NCBI GenBank assembly: GCA_000384935.1
Contig: ARRA01000002.1
Location: forward strand, 70,162 to 134,161
Reading direction: 5' to 3'
Length of the DNA: 64,000 nucleotides
Source: a gamma proteobacterium SCGC AAA076-P13
GTDB taxonomy: Bacteria > Pseudomonadota > Gammaproteobacteria > Magnimaribacterales > D2472
Shown here: piece after piece, positions 44,850-54,436 of the stretch
How the letters are laid out: each line of letters starts with the position of its first letter
Numbering within the stretch: the stretch's first letter is position 1
Program-made: the position numbers and the translations under genes
The notes under the pieces: model-generated
What the model saw: only the letters and a program-made list of their open reading frames with translations
Databases searched by the model: none
Told to the model about the DNA's origin: nothing

Positions 44850-46507
44850 AGTCTAAATACTCCATATTCATCAGCACCTTTAATAGTCTCATTGCTTACA
44901 ATTGATAAGCAAAATCCAATAATGTCTCTCGTGTCTCTTGGATCAATAATCCCATCGTCTGTCACCATACTACTTGCAACCAGACCAAGAGATAGCTTTT
45001 CAAGATAGTCAGTTACCATTATTTTTAGATTTTCATCAGCTTTTTCATCAAACTTTTGACCGTCTCTTAAAGATTTAGCTTTTCTAACAATTGACATTAC
45101 ACCTGCCATTTGTTCTGGGCCCATTACAGCAATTTTTGCGGTCGGCCAAAGAAATGTAAATCTATTATTAAATGCTTTTCCTGACATTGCATATGTTCCA
45201 GCTCCATAAGAAGCTCCTACTATAATTGTAATATGCGGCACCATAGAATTTGATACAGCATTTATTAACTGCGATCCTTTTTTAATTATTCCTTGGCTTT
45301 CAAAATCCTTACCTACTAGAAACCCAGTAACATTGTGGAGAAAAATTAAAGGTATATTTCTTTTATTACAAAGTTGTATGAAAGTAGCTGCCTTTTCAGC
45401 TGATTCGGGATAAATTGGACCATTATTACCAAGTATGCCTATTTGATAACCATGAACTGATGCCCATCCACAGACCATTGTGGGTCCATATAATGGCTTA
45501 AATTCTTCAAATTTTGATGCATCCGAAAATCTAGCTATAACTTCTTTGATATCAACAGCTGATTTTAAGTCTTCACTAATAATTCCAAGCAGTTCATCTT
45601 CATCATAAACAGGATCTGAGCTAAATTTTTGAGGTTCTAAACCTTTCTTATTCCAACTTAAATGAGAAACAACTTCTCTACAGATTCTGAGAGCATCCAT
45701 TTCATCTTCAGCAAGATAATCAGATAGTCCTGATTTTTCAGAATGCATCTTAGCTCCACCTAAAGTTTCATCATCTGATTCTTCTCCGGTAGCCATCTTC
45801 ACAAGAGGGGGACCTGCTAAGAATGCTTTCGATTGATCTTTAATAAAAATATTATAATCTGACATACCTGGTTGATAGGCGCCGCCAGCAGTAGATGATC
45901 CAAATACAACTGAGATTACCGGTATTTTCATTTTTGATAATTCTGTCATTTCATAAAAAAATCTTCCTGTTGCTGCAAAATGCGTTGTTTGTATTGAAGG
46001 AGCAATAGGTGGTGTGTCACCTTGATTTATGCCCGATACACTGAGATCTCCTCCGGCCGATTCAACGAAGCTAATAAATGGAATTTTATTATCTCTTGAT
46101 ATTTCAATAGCTCTTTTCCATTTTTCTCCTACATAGACAGTCATTGCTCCAGCTTTAACGGTAGGATCATTTGCAAAAATAACACATTCAACTCCAGCAA
46201 TTATCCCTATACCTGATACACAACCACCACCAACGTTATATTCCTTAGTTCCGTATCCAGCATAAGGCTGAATTTCAAGAAACGGACTATCAGGGTCGAT
46301 GACGTTCATAACTCTTTCCCTAACTGGCATTTTTTCCCTTTTTGCTAGTCTTTCATGATGGTGTATTCCGCCGCCAAGCTCTGCTAGATCAAGTAAATCA
46401 TCAAGAAAATCTAATTTTTCATGCATCATTTTTTTATTTTGAAGATATTTTTCAGATTTAGTGTCTAAATTTGTCTTAATAGTGGGTGCAATATTTTCAG
46501 TTTTCAT
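44846..46507 (-). CDS. acyl-CoA carboxylase carboxyltransferase beta subunit (MccB/AtuC-like)
   Basis: 553-aa carboxyl_trans family protein (PVISVVFGSSTAGGAY, IIVGASYGAGTYAM). Confidence 0.9.
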   Translation of the reverse strand: MKTENIAPTIKTNLDTKSEKYLQNKKMMHEKLDFLDDLLDLAELGGGIHHHERLAKREKMPVRERVMNVIDPDSPFLEIQPYAGYGTKEYNVGGGCVSGIGIIAGVECVIFANDPTVKAGAMTVYVGEKWKRAIEISRDNKIPFISFVESAGGDLSVSGINQGDTPPIAPSIQTTHFAATGRFFYEMTELSKMKIPVISVVFGSSTAGGAYQPGMSDYNIFIKDQSKAFLAGPPLVKMATGEESDDETLGGAKMHSEKSGLSDYLAEDEMDALRICREVVSHLSWNKKGLEPQKFSSDPVYDEDELLGIISEDLKSAVDIKEVIARFSDASKFEEFKPLYGPTMVCGWASVHGYQIGILGNNGPIYPESAEKAATFIQLCNKRNIPLIFLHNVTGFLVGKDFESQGIIKKGSQLINAVSNSMVPHITIIVGASYGAGTYAMSGKAFNNRFTFLWPTAKIAVMGPEQMAGVMSIVRKAKSLRDGQKFDEKADENLKIMVTDYLEKLSLGLVASSMVTDDGIIDPRDTRDIIGFCLSIVSNETIKGADEYGVFRL

Positions 46508-46534
46508 AAGATATCAATTATTAACTCTAATTAA

Positions 46535-46562
46535 TGGTAATATATAAGCGTTAATATTACCA
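46535..46562. promoter_or_regulatory. inverted repeat TGGTAATAT-N10-ATATTACCA; candidate TetR operator
   Basis: Perfect 9-bp arms, starting 28 nt upstream of the carboxyltransferase start codon, in the 101-bp divergent region. Confidence 0.4.
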
Positions 46563-46608
46563 ATATAAAATAGTATTATAAGTAGTAAATTAAATGAAAG
46601 ACTTCTAA

Positions 46609-47226
46609 ATGATTAAAATATATGGCACTGAAAATTCAAGAGCTATGCGCCCTATATGGACAGCAGAAGAGATGGGCATTGATTATGAATTAATTATGAT
46701 GCCATTTCCTCCTAGGGTCTTTATGAAGGAATATCTTGACATAAATATACTTGGAACTATTCCTTATTTAATTGATGGAGATATAAAAATGACCGAATCT
46801 GTTGCCATGACACAATATTTAGTTGAAAAATATGGACCAACAGATTTAAGAGTGATGCCAGATGAGAAAGATTACCCATCTTATTTAAATTGGCTATATC
46901 ACTCTGATGCTACATTAACATTTCCTCAAACAGTAGTTTTAAGATATAAGTTTCAAGAACCAGGTGTTGCTGATGCAGCAGTTGAAGGCTATAGCAGATG
47001 GTTTGTATCTAGATTGAAGCTATTAGAAAGAGAGCTAGAACATAAAGAATATCTATGCTGCGATAGATTTACTATTGCTGATATATGCGTCAGCTATGCT
47101 ATCAATCTTGCAGGATCGCTAGGAATAGAACAGGCATACAAACCAAATATTAAAAGATGGACAGATCAACTTTTTGATAGACCATCATTTTTAAAAAGTA
47201 GGAGTTATAAATATGAAGAAAATTAG
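46609..47226 (+). CDS. glutathione S-transferase
   Basis: GST N- and C-terminal domain pattern (IYGTENSRAMRPIW, TIADICVSY). Confidence 0.8.
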   Translation: MIKIYGTENSRAMRPIWTAEEMGIDYELIMMPFPPRVFMKEYLDINILGTIPYLIDGDIKMTESVAMTQYLVEKYGPTDLRVMPDEKDYPSYLNWLYHSDATLTFPQTVVLRYKFQEPGVADAAVEGYSRWFVSRLKLLERELEHKEYLCCDRFTIADICVSYAINLAGSLGIEQAYKPNIKRWTDQLFDRPSFLKSRSYKYEEN

Positions 47227-48484
47227 TAATTATTTTTTAATACCGCTTATTTCTTTCTCATTTTTTTTAAATAGTGAAGAGAGTATTCTTACCTCACATC
47301 TTGAAAGTATTGTTTTAGGTTCGGGATGTTTTTGGGGTGCTGAAAAAGGATATGAGTCTATTAAAGGAGTTGAGAATGCAGTCTCAGGTTATTCCGATGG
47401 GTATGGAGTTAAGCCGAATTACAGGTCAATTACCAAGCTACAAAACAAGTTTAATAAAAATAATTTTGCTGAAGTTGTAAAGGTAACTTTTAATAAAAGT
47501 GAAATTTCTTTTGAAAAAATACTACAACACTATTTTGAATCACATGATCCAACTCAGCTCAATCGACAAGGTAATGACATAGGAACTCAATACAGATCTG
47601 TTATTTTATATAATAATGATTCCCAAAAAGAAACAATAGAACGAGTTTTGAAAGACTATCAAGCTTTACTAACAAAAGCTGGTTATGGTGAAATTCAAAC
47701 ATCTATTAAATTGCTTGATGAATTTTATGATGCAGAAGAATATCACCAAGATTACATAAAAAAGAATCCTAATGGTTATTGCCCAGATCATTCTACTGGA
47801 GTTGTGTTTAACGAAGAAAAATTACCCATAAATACATTTGATAATTCGGCATTGCTAATAGGAAAACATATCTTAGTCATCGATTCTGAAGGGTATTGTC
47901 CCTACTGTGAGAAATTTGATAATGATGTTATCAGTGGTTACTCTGGAACGATTCCACTTTCTAAAAGAACAGCTAAAGAATTAAGTGCATTAAGTATAGA
48001 AACGCCTACCTGGGCAACGCCCACCATTATTTTTTTAGAAGAAGGTAAAGAGGTTTTTGGCTACCAAGGCTATATGGATTCTAAAGATTTTTATAAAGCA
48101 TTTGGAGCTTTCAAGCTTGGAAGATCCGAGGCATTTGATGTTGCTTTTAACGAGGGTACAGATTCTAGATTTTGCAAAGAATATCAAATATTTAAAAATA
48201 CACCCGATGGTATTTTCATAGATAAGTTAAGTGGAGCTCCTCTATTTGATACAAAAGATAGATTTGTTTCAAGGTCTGGTTGGCTGTCATTTACAAGACC
48301 TATAAAAGATTCAGTATATGAAACTCCTGATAATAGTTTTGGCATGAGGAGGACTGAAATAAGGTCAGCATCCTCTGATATTCATTTAGGTCATGTCTTT
48401 GATGATGGTCCTAATGGACTGCCAAGATATTGTATTAATGCAACTGTTTTAGAATTTGTTAAGAGGGCAGATCAAAATATTTAG
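47213..48484 (+). CDS. msrAB: secreted MsrA - thioredoxin-like - MsrB fusion (peptide methionine sulfoxide reductase)
   Basis: Signal peptide. GSGCFWGAEKGYE (MsrA). CPYC ... TPTII (Trx-like). HLGHVFDDGPNGLPRYCINATVLEF (MsrB). Confidence 0.85.
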   Translation: MKKISNYFLIPLISFSFFLNSEESILTSHLESIVLGSGCFWGAEKGYESIKGVENAVSGYSDGYGVKPNYRSITKLQNKFNKNNFAEVVKVTFNKSEISFEKILQHYFESHDPTQLNRQGNDIGTQYRSVILYNNDSQKETIERVLKDYQALLTKAGYGEIQTSIKLLDEFYDAEEYHQDYIKKNPNGYCPDHSTGVVFNEEKLPINTFDNSALLIGKHILVIDSEGYCPYCEKFDNDVISGYSGTIPLSKRTAKELSALSIETPTWATPTIIFLEEGKEVFGYQGYMDSKDFYKAFGAFKLGRSEAFDVAFNEGTDSRFCKEYQIFKNTPDGIFIDKLSGAPLFDTKDRFVSRSGWLSFTRPIKDSVYETPDNSFGMRRTEIRSASSDIHLGHVFDDGPNGLPRYCINATVLEFVKRADQNI

Positions 48485-48486
48485 TT

Positions 48487-49641
48487 TTATTCTTTAAATA
48501 AAGCATTCATATTTTCATAGGCCTCTATAAACTCCTCTTTGTATTTTTGAACTGTTTGTCCTGCACTTATACTTTCATTCACTAGCCCAATTCCTTGCCC
48601 AACCCAGTATGTCTCAAGTTTTTTAGCACCTTCATGACCAATTTCTGCTTGATCCCTTACAACTCTTAAAGCAGGTTCACTTACTATTGTTTGAAGAGGC
48701 ATTGGAAGAGGCTCAGGTGCATTTTTAGATTCCCAGGCATCAGTCCAGGGAGATTTAAGTTGTCTAGAGTGTTTGCCAGTTCTGCTTTTTGATCTGACCG
48801 TCTCACTAGACGATGCTGCTACCATTTTTTGTTTTATATTTTCTGAAGTTTCTGCTTCGTTGGTTGGTAAAAAAACAGACGCGCACCATACACCATCAGC
48901 GCCCATAGCCATTATTCCCGCCATTTGCTCACCTGTTGCAATTCCACCAGCAGCAAGTATTGGTATGTCGCCATACTTTTTTAAAGCTCTTCGAACTTCT
49001 GGGACTAAAACCATTGTCGAGACACTTCCACAATGACCTCCGCCCTCAGTACCTGACACAACAACCAAATCAACACCTGCCTCAACTTGCTTTATTGCAT
49101 GCTCTTTTGCCCCAACAAGGGCTGCAACCGCAACATTGTTATCTTTTCCCATTTTAAGCATCCAGTCAGGCGGAACGCCAAGAGCATTTGCAACAAGTTT
49201 AATAGGATGGGCAAAAGCAACATCCAATACTTCTTGTGCAATTTCAAAACCTTTGCCTAAAACTGCATTAGAGTTTTTTTCAGTCTTAGCAGAATCTTCA
49301 CTATTTCTTAAATGATCTGCATTAACATCATATTCTTGCAGCACATCAGCTCTAAAATCTCTATATTCTTGGGGTATCATTTCTCTTAGGTCTTGTAATG
49401 AATTACCTTCCCCTTTTCCTTTATATGAGTTAGGCACAAGAACATCCACGCCATAGGGCATGCCATTGATATTGTCATCAATCCACTTGAGATCAATTTC
49501 TAATTTTTCAGGAGAATGGCCAACTGCTCCTAAAACTCCCATACCTCCTGCTTTAGACACTGCAACAACAACATCTCTGCAATGACTGAATGCAACAAGA
49601 GGAAATTCAATATCAAACATTTCACAGATAGGTGATTTCAT
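48487..49641 (-). CDS. nitronate monooxygenase / 2-nitropropane dioxygenase family (FMN TIM barrel)
   Basis: VVSGTEGGGHCG and PILAAGGIATG motifs. Confidence 0.8.
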   Translation of the reverse strand: MKSPICEMFDIEFPLVAFSHCRDVVVAVSKAGGMGVLGAVGHSPEKLEIDLKWIDDNINGMPYGVDVLVPNSYKGKGEGNSLQDLREMIPQEYRDFRADVLQEYDVNADHLRNSEDSAKTEKNSNAVLGKGFEIAQEVLDVAFAHPIKLVANALGVPPDWMLKMGKDNNVAVAALVGAKEHAIKQVEAGVDLVVVSGTEGGGHCGSVSTMVLVPEVRRALKKYGDIPILAAGGIATGEQMAGIMAMGADGVWCASVFLPTNEAETSENIKQKMVAASSSETVRSKSRTGKHSRQLKSPWTDAWESKNAPEPLPMPLQTIVSEPALRVVRDQAEIGHEGAKKLETYWVGQGIGLVNESISAGQTVQKYKEEFIEAYENMNALFKE

Positions 49642-49651
49642 ATTCTTAAAT

Positions 49652-49667
49652 TATTTAACGTTAAATA
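49652..49667. promoter_or_regulatory. 16-bp perfect palindrome TATTTAACGTTAAATA; candidate operator
   Basis: Lies in the 65-bp divergent region, 11 nt upstream of the NMO start codon. Confidence 0.4.
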
Positions 49668-49706
49668 TATTCTATAATAGTTTTTAGATTTATTACTAAA
49701 ACGACT

Positions 49707-50207
49707 ATGAATCAAAAATTTAAAAATTTTACAGTACCAGATATTTGTGACTTGCATGAAAATGATATTTCTATTGGTGGTAATTTTTTAAAGTCTTTTG
49801 GTGGACTAGAAAAATTTTATGGTGAAATAACCATTGCAGAATGTGAGCATAGTAATAGTGTTGTAAAAGAAATTGTTCAAGAGGATGGCACAAATAAAGT
49901 CTTAGTTATAAATCATACAGGCAAGGATTTATGTTCTATGGTTGGAGATCAAATTGCACAAACAGCATATGAAAATAACTGGAATGGCATATTTGTAAAT
50001 GGATACATAAGAGACATTGAAATTATTAAAGATATTAATATTGGTGTATGCGCAAAAAATACTTACCCTAAAAAAACAAATAAAAGCATAGGAATTGGGA
50101 AAAAAGATATACCATTTAAATTTGGCAATGTTCAAATAAACCCAGGGTCATGGATTTATGTAGATTTTAATGGCTGGGTTGTATCGAAGAAAGAATTAAA
50201 ACTTTAA
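49707..50207 (+). CDS. rraA: RraA family protein (RNase E regulator / HMG-aldolase fold)
   Basis: Collinear with E. coli RraA (PDICDL..., VLVINHTG..., FVNGYIRD). Confidence 0.75.
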   Translation: MNQKFKNFTVPDICDLHENDISIGGNFLKSFGGLEKFYGEITIAECEHSNSVVKEIVQEDGTNKVLVINHTGKDLCSMVGDQIAQTAYENNWNGIFVNGYIRDIEIIKDINIGVCAKNTYPKKTNKSIGIGKKDIPFKFGNVQINPGSWIYVDFNGWVVSKKELKL

Positions 50208-51080
50208 ATTATCCATATCTTGGTCTTTCTTAATCCAGATCTCTTCAATCCAGATTTTAAAATTATCTCTATAACTCTCATCTTCTGAATAATCCTTGTT
50301 TTTTAAATGTCTGGGAATTTCATGTTCTTTTACAAGAATTTTAACGTCTCTCATTTCTCCTTTTAAGAAAGACCATGCATCTCTTTTATCTGATTTATAC
50401 ACTACTGAGTAATCAACCAAGGTTGCTATTTCTGGCATTGCAGATAGGGCAGTAGCCATTCCTCCAACTCTTGGAATAAGAAGGTTTTTGTATGGAGAGT
50501 TTTGACTTTTATGTTTGATTGGGTCATTTCTCGTTCCTTCTGCATAACTAAATATTGTTGAAGGAGATCTCATAAATCTTTTGCATGCCTCAAGAGTATT
50601 TTGATAGTCTTTGAACCTCAGCCCTGGGTTCATTTCAATTTCTTTTTTTGAGTGCCTATTTACAAAAGGCATATTAAGAGTTTTGTTTGCTAAATATATA
50701 AAAGGTATCCACCTTAACTCTTTTTTCATAAAAAATTTTAGCAGCGGTATTCTTTTATGAGCTGCAACTAATAGTACAAATATATCCGCCCAGGATTGAT
50801 GGTTAGACATAGCCATATACCAGGTATTTCTATCAAACCTATTTTCATCAAAAACTTGAATACTATTGCCATGCATTAAAAGCAAAATCATTTTTAATCC
50901 ATATACAGTTAGATCTCCAATTTTATTTGAGATCCTGCTGATATATTTTTTAAAAGATTTTGTAGGAAAAAAAGCTCTAGGAATATTAACTAAAAATAAC
51001 GTACCGAACCCAACCATTAGCTCTAGCAGGATTAGTGTACAAGTTATTATCCCTATTAAATTTGCTTTAATTGAATGCAT
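50196..51080 (-). CDS. lysophospholipid acyltransferase family (PlsC/YihG-like)
   Basis: NHQSWADIF (HX4D) and YAEGTR motifs. N-terminal TM. Confidence 0.8.
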   Translation of the reverse strand: MHSIKANLIGIITCTLILLELMVGFGTLFLVNIPRAFFPTKSFKKYISRISNKIGDLTVYGLKMILLLMHGNSIQVFDENRFDRNTWYMAMSNHQSWADIFVLLVAAHKRIPLLKFFMKKELRWIPFIYLANKTLNMPFVNRHSKKEIEMNPGLRFKDYQNTLEACKRFMRSPSTIFSYAEGTRNDPIKHKSQNSPYKNLLIPRVGGMATALSAMPEIATLVDYSVVYKSDKRDAWSFLKGEMRDVKILVKEHEIPRHLKNKDYSEDESYRDNFKIWIEEIWIKKDQDMDNLKF

Positions 51081-51090
51081 ATAAGCTACT

Positions 51091-52230
51091 TTAGAACCCG
51101 CTTATATTTGCATACCTCTCGGTATGAAACTTTGAACATCCAAAGATTTGCTCTACAACTCTAGATCTTTTTAAATAAAAGCCAAGGTCATATTCATCCG
51201 TTACTCCAATACCACCATGCATTTGAATAGCTTCATTCGAAACAAGATGTAGAGTTTCTCCGGCCATCGTCTTGGCAAGACTTGCTAGTCTTTGAAGTTC
51301 ATTAGAATTATTATCAGCGCCTTGCATTGCTGCCATAATCGAGGATTTTGTAAGTTCGATTTCACAGAACATTTCAGCTGCTCTATGTTGTAGTGCTTGG
51401 AAAGTCCCGATTAATACACCAAATTGTTTTCTTTCTTTAAGATAGTTAATTGTGGATTCAAACGCAGCTTCTGTATTGCCAAGCATTTCTGCTGAGATAG
51501 CTATTCTTCCAATATCAAGAATATTTTCAATTGCTTCACCACCAGCCTCAATGTCTCCAAGAATATTTTCTTTTTGTACAGTTATATCTGAGAAGGTTAT
51601 ATTTGCATAATTCCTTGAATCCGCCATATCTAACTTAACTACATTCATATTGGGTTGATTATTTTCAACAAGAAATAATGTTAGTCCAGTACTATCTCCA
51701 GTTTTTCCTGATGTTCTTGCAACTACTATAAGTAAATCAGCACTAGCACCATCGACTACAAATACTTTTTTGCCATTTAAAATATAGCTGTTATCTTTTG
51801 AAACACCAGACATATTTATATTCAGCGGGTTGTGATGACTGCTTTCATCAATCGCAATTGCTGTGGTAATTTCTCCATTTGCAATTTGAGGAAGATATTT
51901 CTTCTTTTGTTCCTCAGTTCCATATTGAGAAATAGCATAAGCTCCAAGAACGCCGGTAGCAAAAAGAGGTGAAGGGGTAAGAGTTTTACCACATTCTTGA
52001 AGTATCACGCTTATTCCAGCTAAACCAAAGTTTGAGCCACCATATTCTTCAGGAATAAGAATGCCCGACCATCCCAAATTTACCATTTCCTTCCATGTAT
52101 CTTTATCCCATAGCAAATCATCTTTGTTATCCCTAAGTGATCTAAAGTGGTTTACTGGAGTCCTTTCCTCTGCAAAGTTTTTTGCAGTATCTTTTAGAAA
52201 CTGCTGTTCTTCATTTAGTATTAATTTCAT
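51091..52230 (-). CDS. acyl-CoA dehydrogenase family protein (small partner of tandem pair 2)
   Basis: RKQFGVLIGTFQALQH, QMHGGIGVTDEYD. The C-terminus QIFGCSKFH lacks a YEG-type Glu. Confidence 0.8.
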   Translation of the reverse strand: MKLILNEEQQFLKDTAKNFAEERTPVNHFRSLRDNKDDLLWDKDTWKEMVNLGWSGILIPEEYGGSNFGLAGISVILQECGKTLTPSPLFATGVLGAYAISQYGTEEQKKKYLPQIANGEITTAIAIDESSHHNPLNINMSGVSKDNSYILNGKKVFVVDGASADLLIVVARTSGKTGDSTGLTLFLVENNQPNMNVVKLDMADSRNYANITFSDITVQKENILGDIEAGGEAIENILDIGRIAISAEMLGNTEAAFESTINYLKERKQFGVLIGTFQALQHRAAEMFCEIELTKSSIMAAMQGADNNSNELQRLASLAKTMAGETLHLVSNEAIQMHGGIGVTDEYDLGFYLKRSRVVEQIFGCSKFHTERYANISGF

Positions 52231-52257
52231 TTGTGATTACCGTAATATGTATTGTTT

Positions 52258-53466
52258 TTAGCTTGGAAGGCCTAGTACTCTTTTAGAGATAACATTTAAT
52301 TGCACCTCAGAAGTCCCACCTTCTAAAGAATTACCTTTTGTCCTAAGCCATGCTTTTGTTAAATTCTTATCAGAATCATCAAATTCATCTCCATCCCATG
52401 CAACTCCATCAGTTCCCATTGCAGCAATCATTAATTCATGACGTTTTTTATTGTGTTCCGTTCCATATAATTTAAACATGGAGGCTGTAGCACTAGCCTT
52501 GCCACCTTCATCTCCTGCTCTTTGCAGAGTAAGACCAAAAGCATGTTCTTTAATTTTATGGGAAGCAATTTCAGATCTGTAAAATCCATTATTAATTTTT
52601 CCGTTCTCTTCACCGATATGCTTTTTAGCAATAGTTACTAAATCTTTCTTACTTCCTACTGCAGCTGCAAGCCCAAAGTTTGAAATAAATGCTCTTTCAT
52701 GCTGAAGCAGTGCTTTAGCTATAGCCCAACCAGCATTTAATTGGCCTATTAAATTTGATTTCGGTACTTTCACATCATCAAAAAATGTTTCACAAAATGG
52801 CGACTTACCTGATATTAAGGTTATTGGTTTAGTTGAAACGCCATTTGTTTCCATGTCAATCAATAGAAAACTAATTCCATCATGTTTTGGTTCCTTTGGA
52901 CCTGTTCTTACTAGAGCAAAAATCCAATCTGCTTTGTCCGCATAAGAAGTCCATACTTTTTGACCATTTACCATAAAATGCTCACCAATATCCTCTGCTT
53001 TTGTAGCTAAGCTTGCGAGATCAGACCCTGATCCAGGCTCAGAATAGCCTTGGCACCATCTTATTTCTCCCTTGATGATTTTTGGCAGATGTTCTTTCTT
53101 TTGTTCTTCAGATCCATATTCTAATAAAACTGGAGCTAACATCCATATACCAAAACTTAATAATGGAGTTTTTGCCCCTATAGAAAACATTTCTTCATTT
53201 AGAACTTTTACTTCTTCCTTAGAAAGTCCGCCACCACCATATTCAGATGGTACTGTTGGCATAGTCCATCCCTTAGCACCCATTCTATCAAGCCAAACTT
53301 TTGATTCAGGATTCTTATATACAGCTTTTCTTCCTCCCCAAACTTCGTCAAGGGGTGTTTCAGGATCAGCTCCAGCTCTCATAGAGGCTGGGCAATTATC
53401 ATCTAACCACTGTTTTACTTCTTCTCTAAAACTATCTATTTGAGTCATATTATTTTCCCACATCAT
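52258..53466 (-). CDS. acyl-CoA dehydrogenase (large partner of tandem pair 2)
   Basis: WCQGYSEPGSGSDLASL. The C-terminus LEGGTSEVQLNVISKRVLGLP retains Glu. An alternative ATG lies at 53448. Confidence 0.85.
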   Translation of the reverse strand: MMWENNMTQIDSFREEVKQWLDDNCPASMRAGADPETPLDEVWGGRKAVYKNPESKVWLDRMGAKGWTMPTVPSEYGGGGLSKEEVKVLNEEMFSIGAKTPLLSFGIWMLAPVLLEYGSEEQKKEHLPKIIKGEIRWCQGYSEPGSGSDLASLATKAEDIGEHFMVNGQKVWTSYADKADWIFALVRTGPKEPKHDGISFLLIDMETNGVSTKPITLISGKSPFCETFFDDVKVPKSNLIGQLNAGWAIAKALLQHERAFISNFGLAAAVGSKKDLVTIAKKHIGEENGKINNGFYRSEIASHKIKEHAFGLTLQRAGDEGGKASATASMFKLYGTEHNKKRHELMIAAMGTDGVAWDGDEFDDSDKNLTKAWLRTKGNSLEGGTSEVQLNVISKRVLGLPS

Positions 53467-53562
53467 ATTAAAAACTTTTGAATCTCATTATAAGGAGAAA
53501 AAGTATTTTTTCACCCTTTAAAAAAACATACATTGGGTTTTTTTGCAGAGTATAATTACATA

Positions 53563-54429
53563 ATGTTTAAAAAGATTGGAATCTACGTTAAAGAAAAAGC
53601 TTATGAAGGCATTGATAGTAATGCTCTCAATCCTTTGATTAACAATCTATGCAAATATTCAAAAGATGTTTTTATAGAAATATCATCTGATTATAACCAT
53701 CCAAACCTTAAACAAGTTCCAGATAATGAGTTCGTTGAAAACATAGATTTACTAGTAGTTTTTGGTGGTGATGGGACTTTGCTCGGCTCTGCACGAAAAT
53801 TTTTAGAATTTAATATACCCATTCTTGGAGTCAATATGGGTAATGTTGGCTTTTTAACTGATGTAAAGGTAGATAATTTTGAAAACTCAATAAAAGAGAT
53901 TCTTTCAGGTGATTATGTAATTGAAGATAGAAACTTAGTAAGTGCCAGCTTTTCTAACCAGACCGTATATGGTTTAAACGAAATAGTAATTCATTCGGGT
54001 GCATATGCACAGCTTATGCGATATAGGTTAAGTGTAAATGACAAAGTTGTTTATGAGCAAAGATCTGATGGTCTAATAATAGCTACTCCAACAGGATCGA
54101 CTGCATATGCATTATCTGCTGGCGGTCCTATTATTCATCCAAGTTTAGACGTTTGGACAATATTACCAATGCTTCCGCAGAGTATTTCTTCTAGACCATT
54201 TGTAATATCTTCATCTGAAAATGTCTCTATTGAAATCCTAAGAGGACCATTAGATTCAGCAAAAATTTGTGCCGATGGTCAGGATGACACCAAAGTACCG
54301 TTTCTAGAAAATATTAAAATATCAAAGATGGGAAATACACTCAAATTAGTTCATCCAAAGAAAAATGATTTCTTTGAGGCATGCAGAGAAAAGTTAGGGT
54401 GGAGTCTAGATATTTCAAATAATACATAA
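53563..54429 (+). CDS. nadK: NAD kinase
   Basis: VVFGGDGTLL, NMGNVGFL and GSTAYALSAGGPI. ATG at 53563 preferred over the TTG at 53533. Confidence 0.9.
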   Translation: MFKKIGIYVKEKAYEGIDSNALNPLINNLCKYSKDVFIEISSDYNHPNLKQVPDNEFVENIDLLVVFGGDGTLLGSARKFLEFNIPILGVNMGNVGFLTDVKVDNFENSIKEILSGDYVIEDRNLVSASFSNQTVYGLNEIVIHSGAYAQLMRYRLSVNDKVVYEQRSDGLIIATPTGSTAYALSAGGPIIHPSLDVWTILPMLPQSISSRPFVISSSENVSIEILRGPLDSAKICADGQDDTKVPFLENIKISKMGNTLKLVHPKKNDFFEACREKLGWSLDISNNT

Positions 54430-54436
54430 ATATCAA

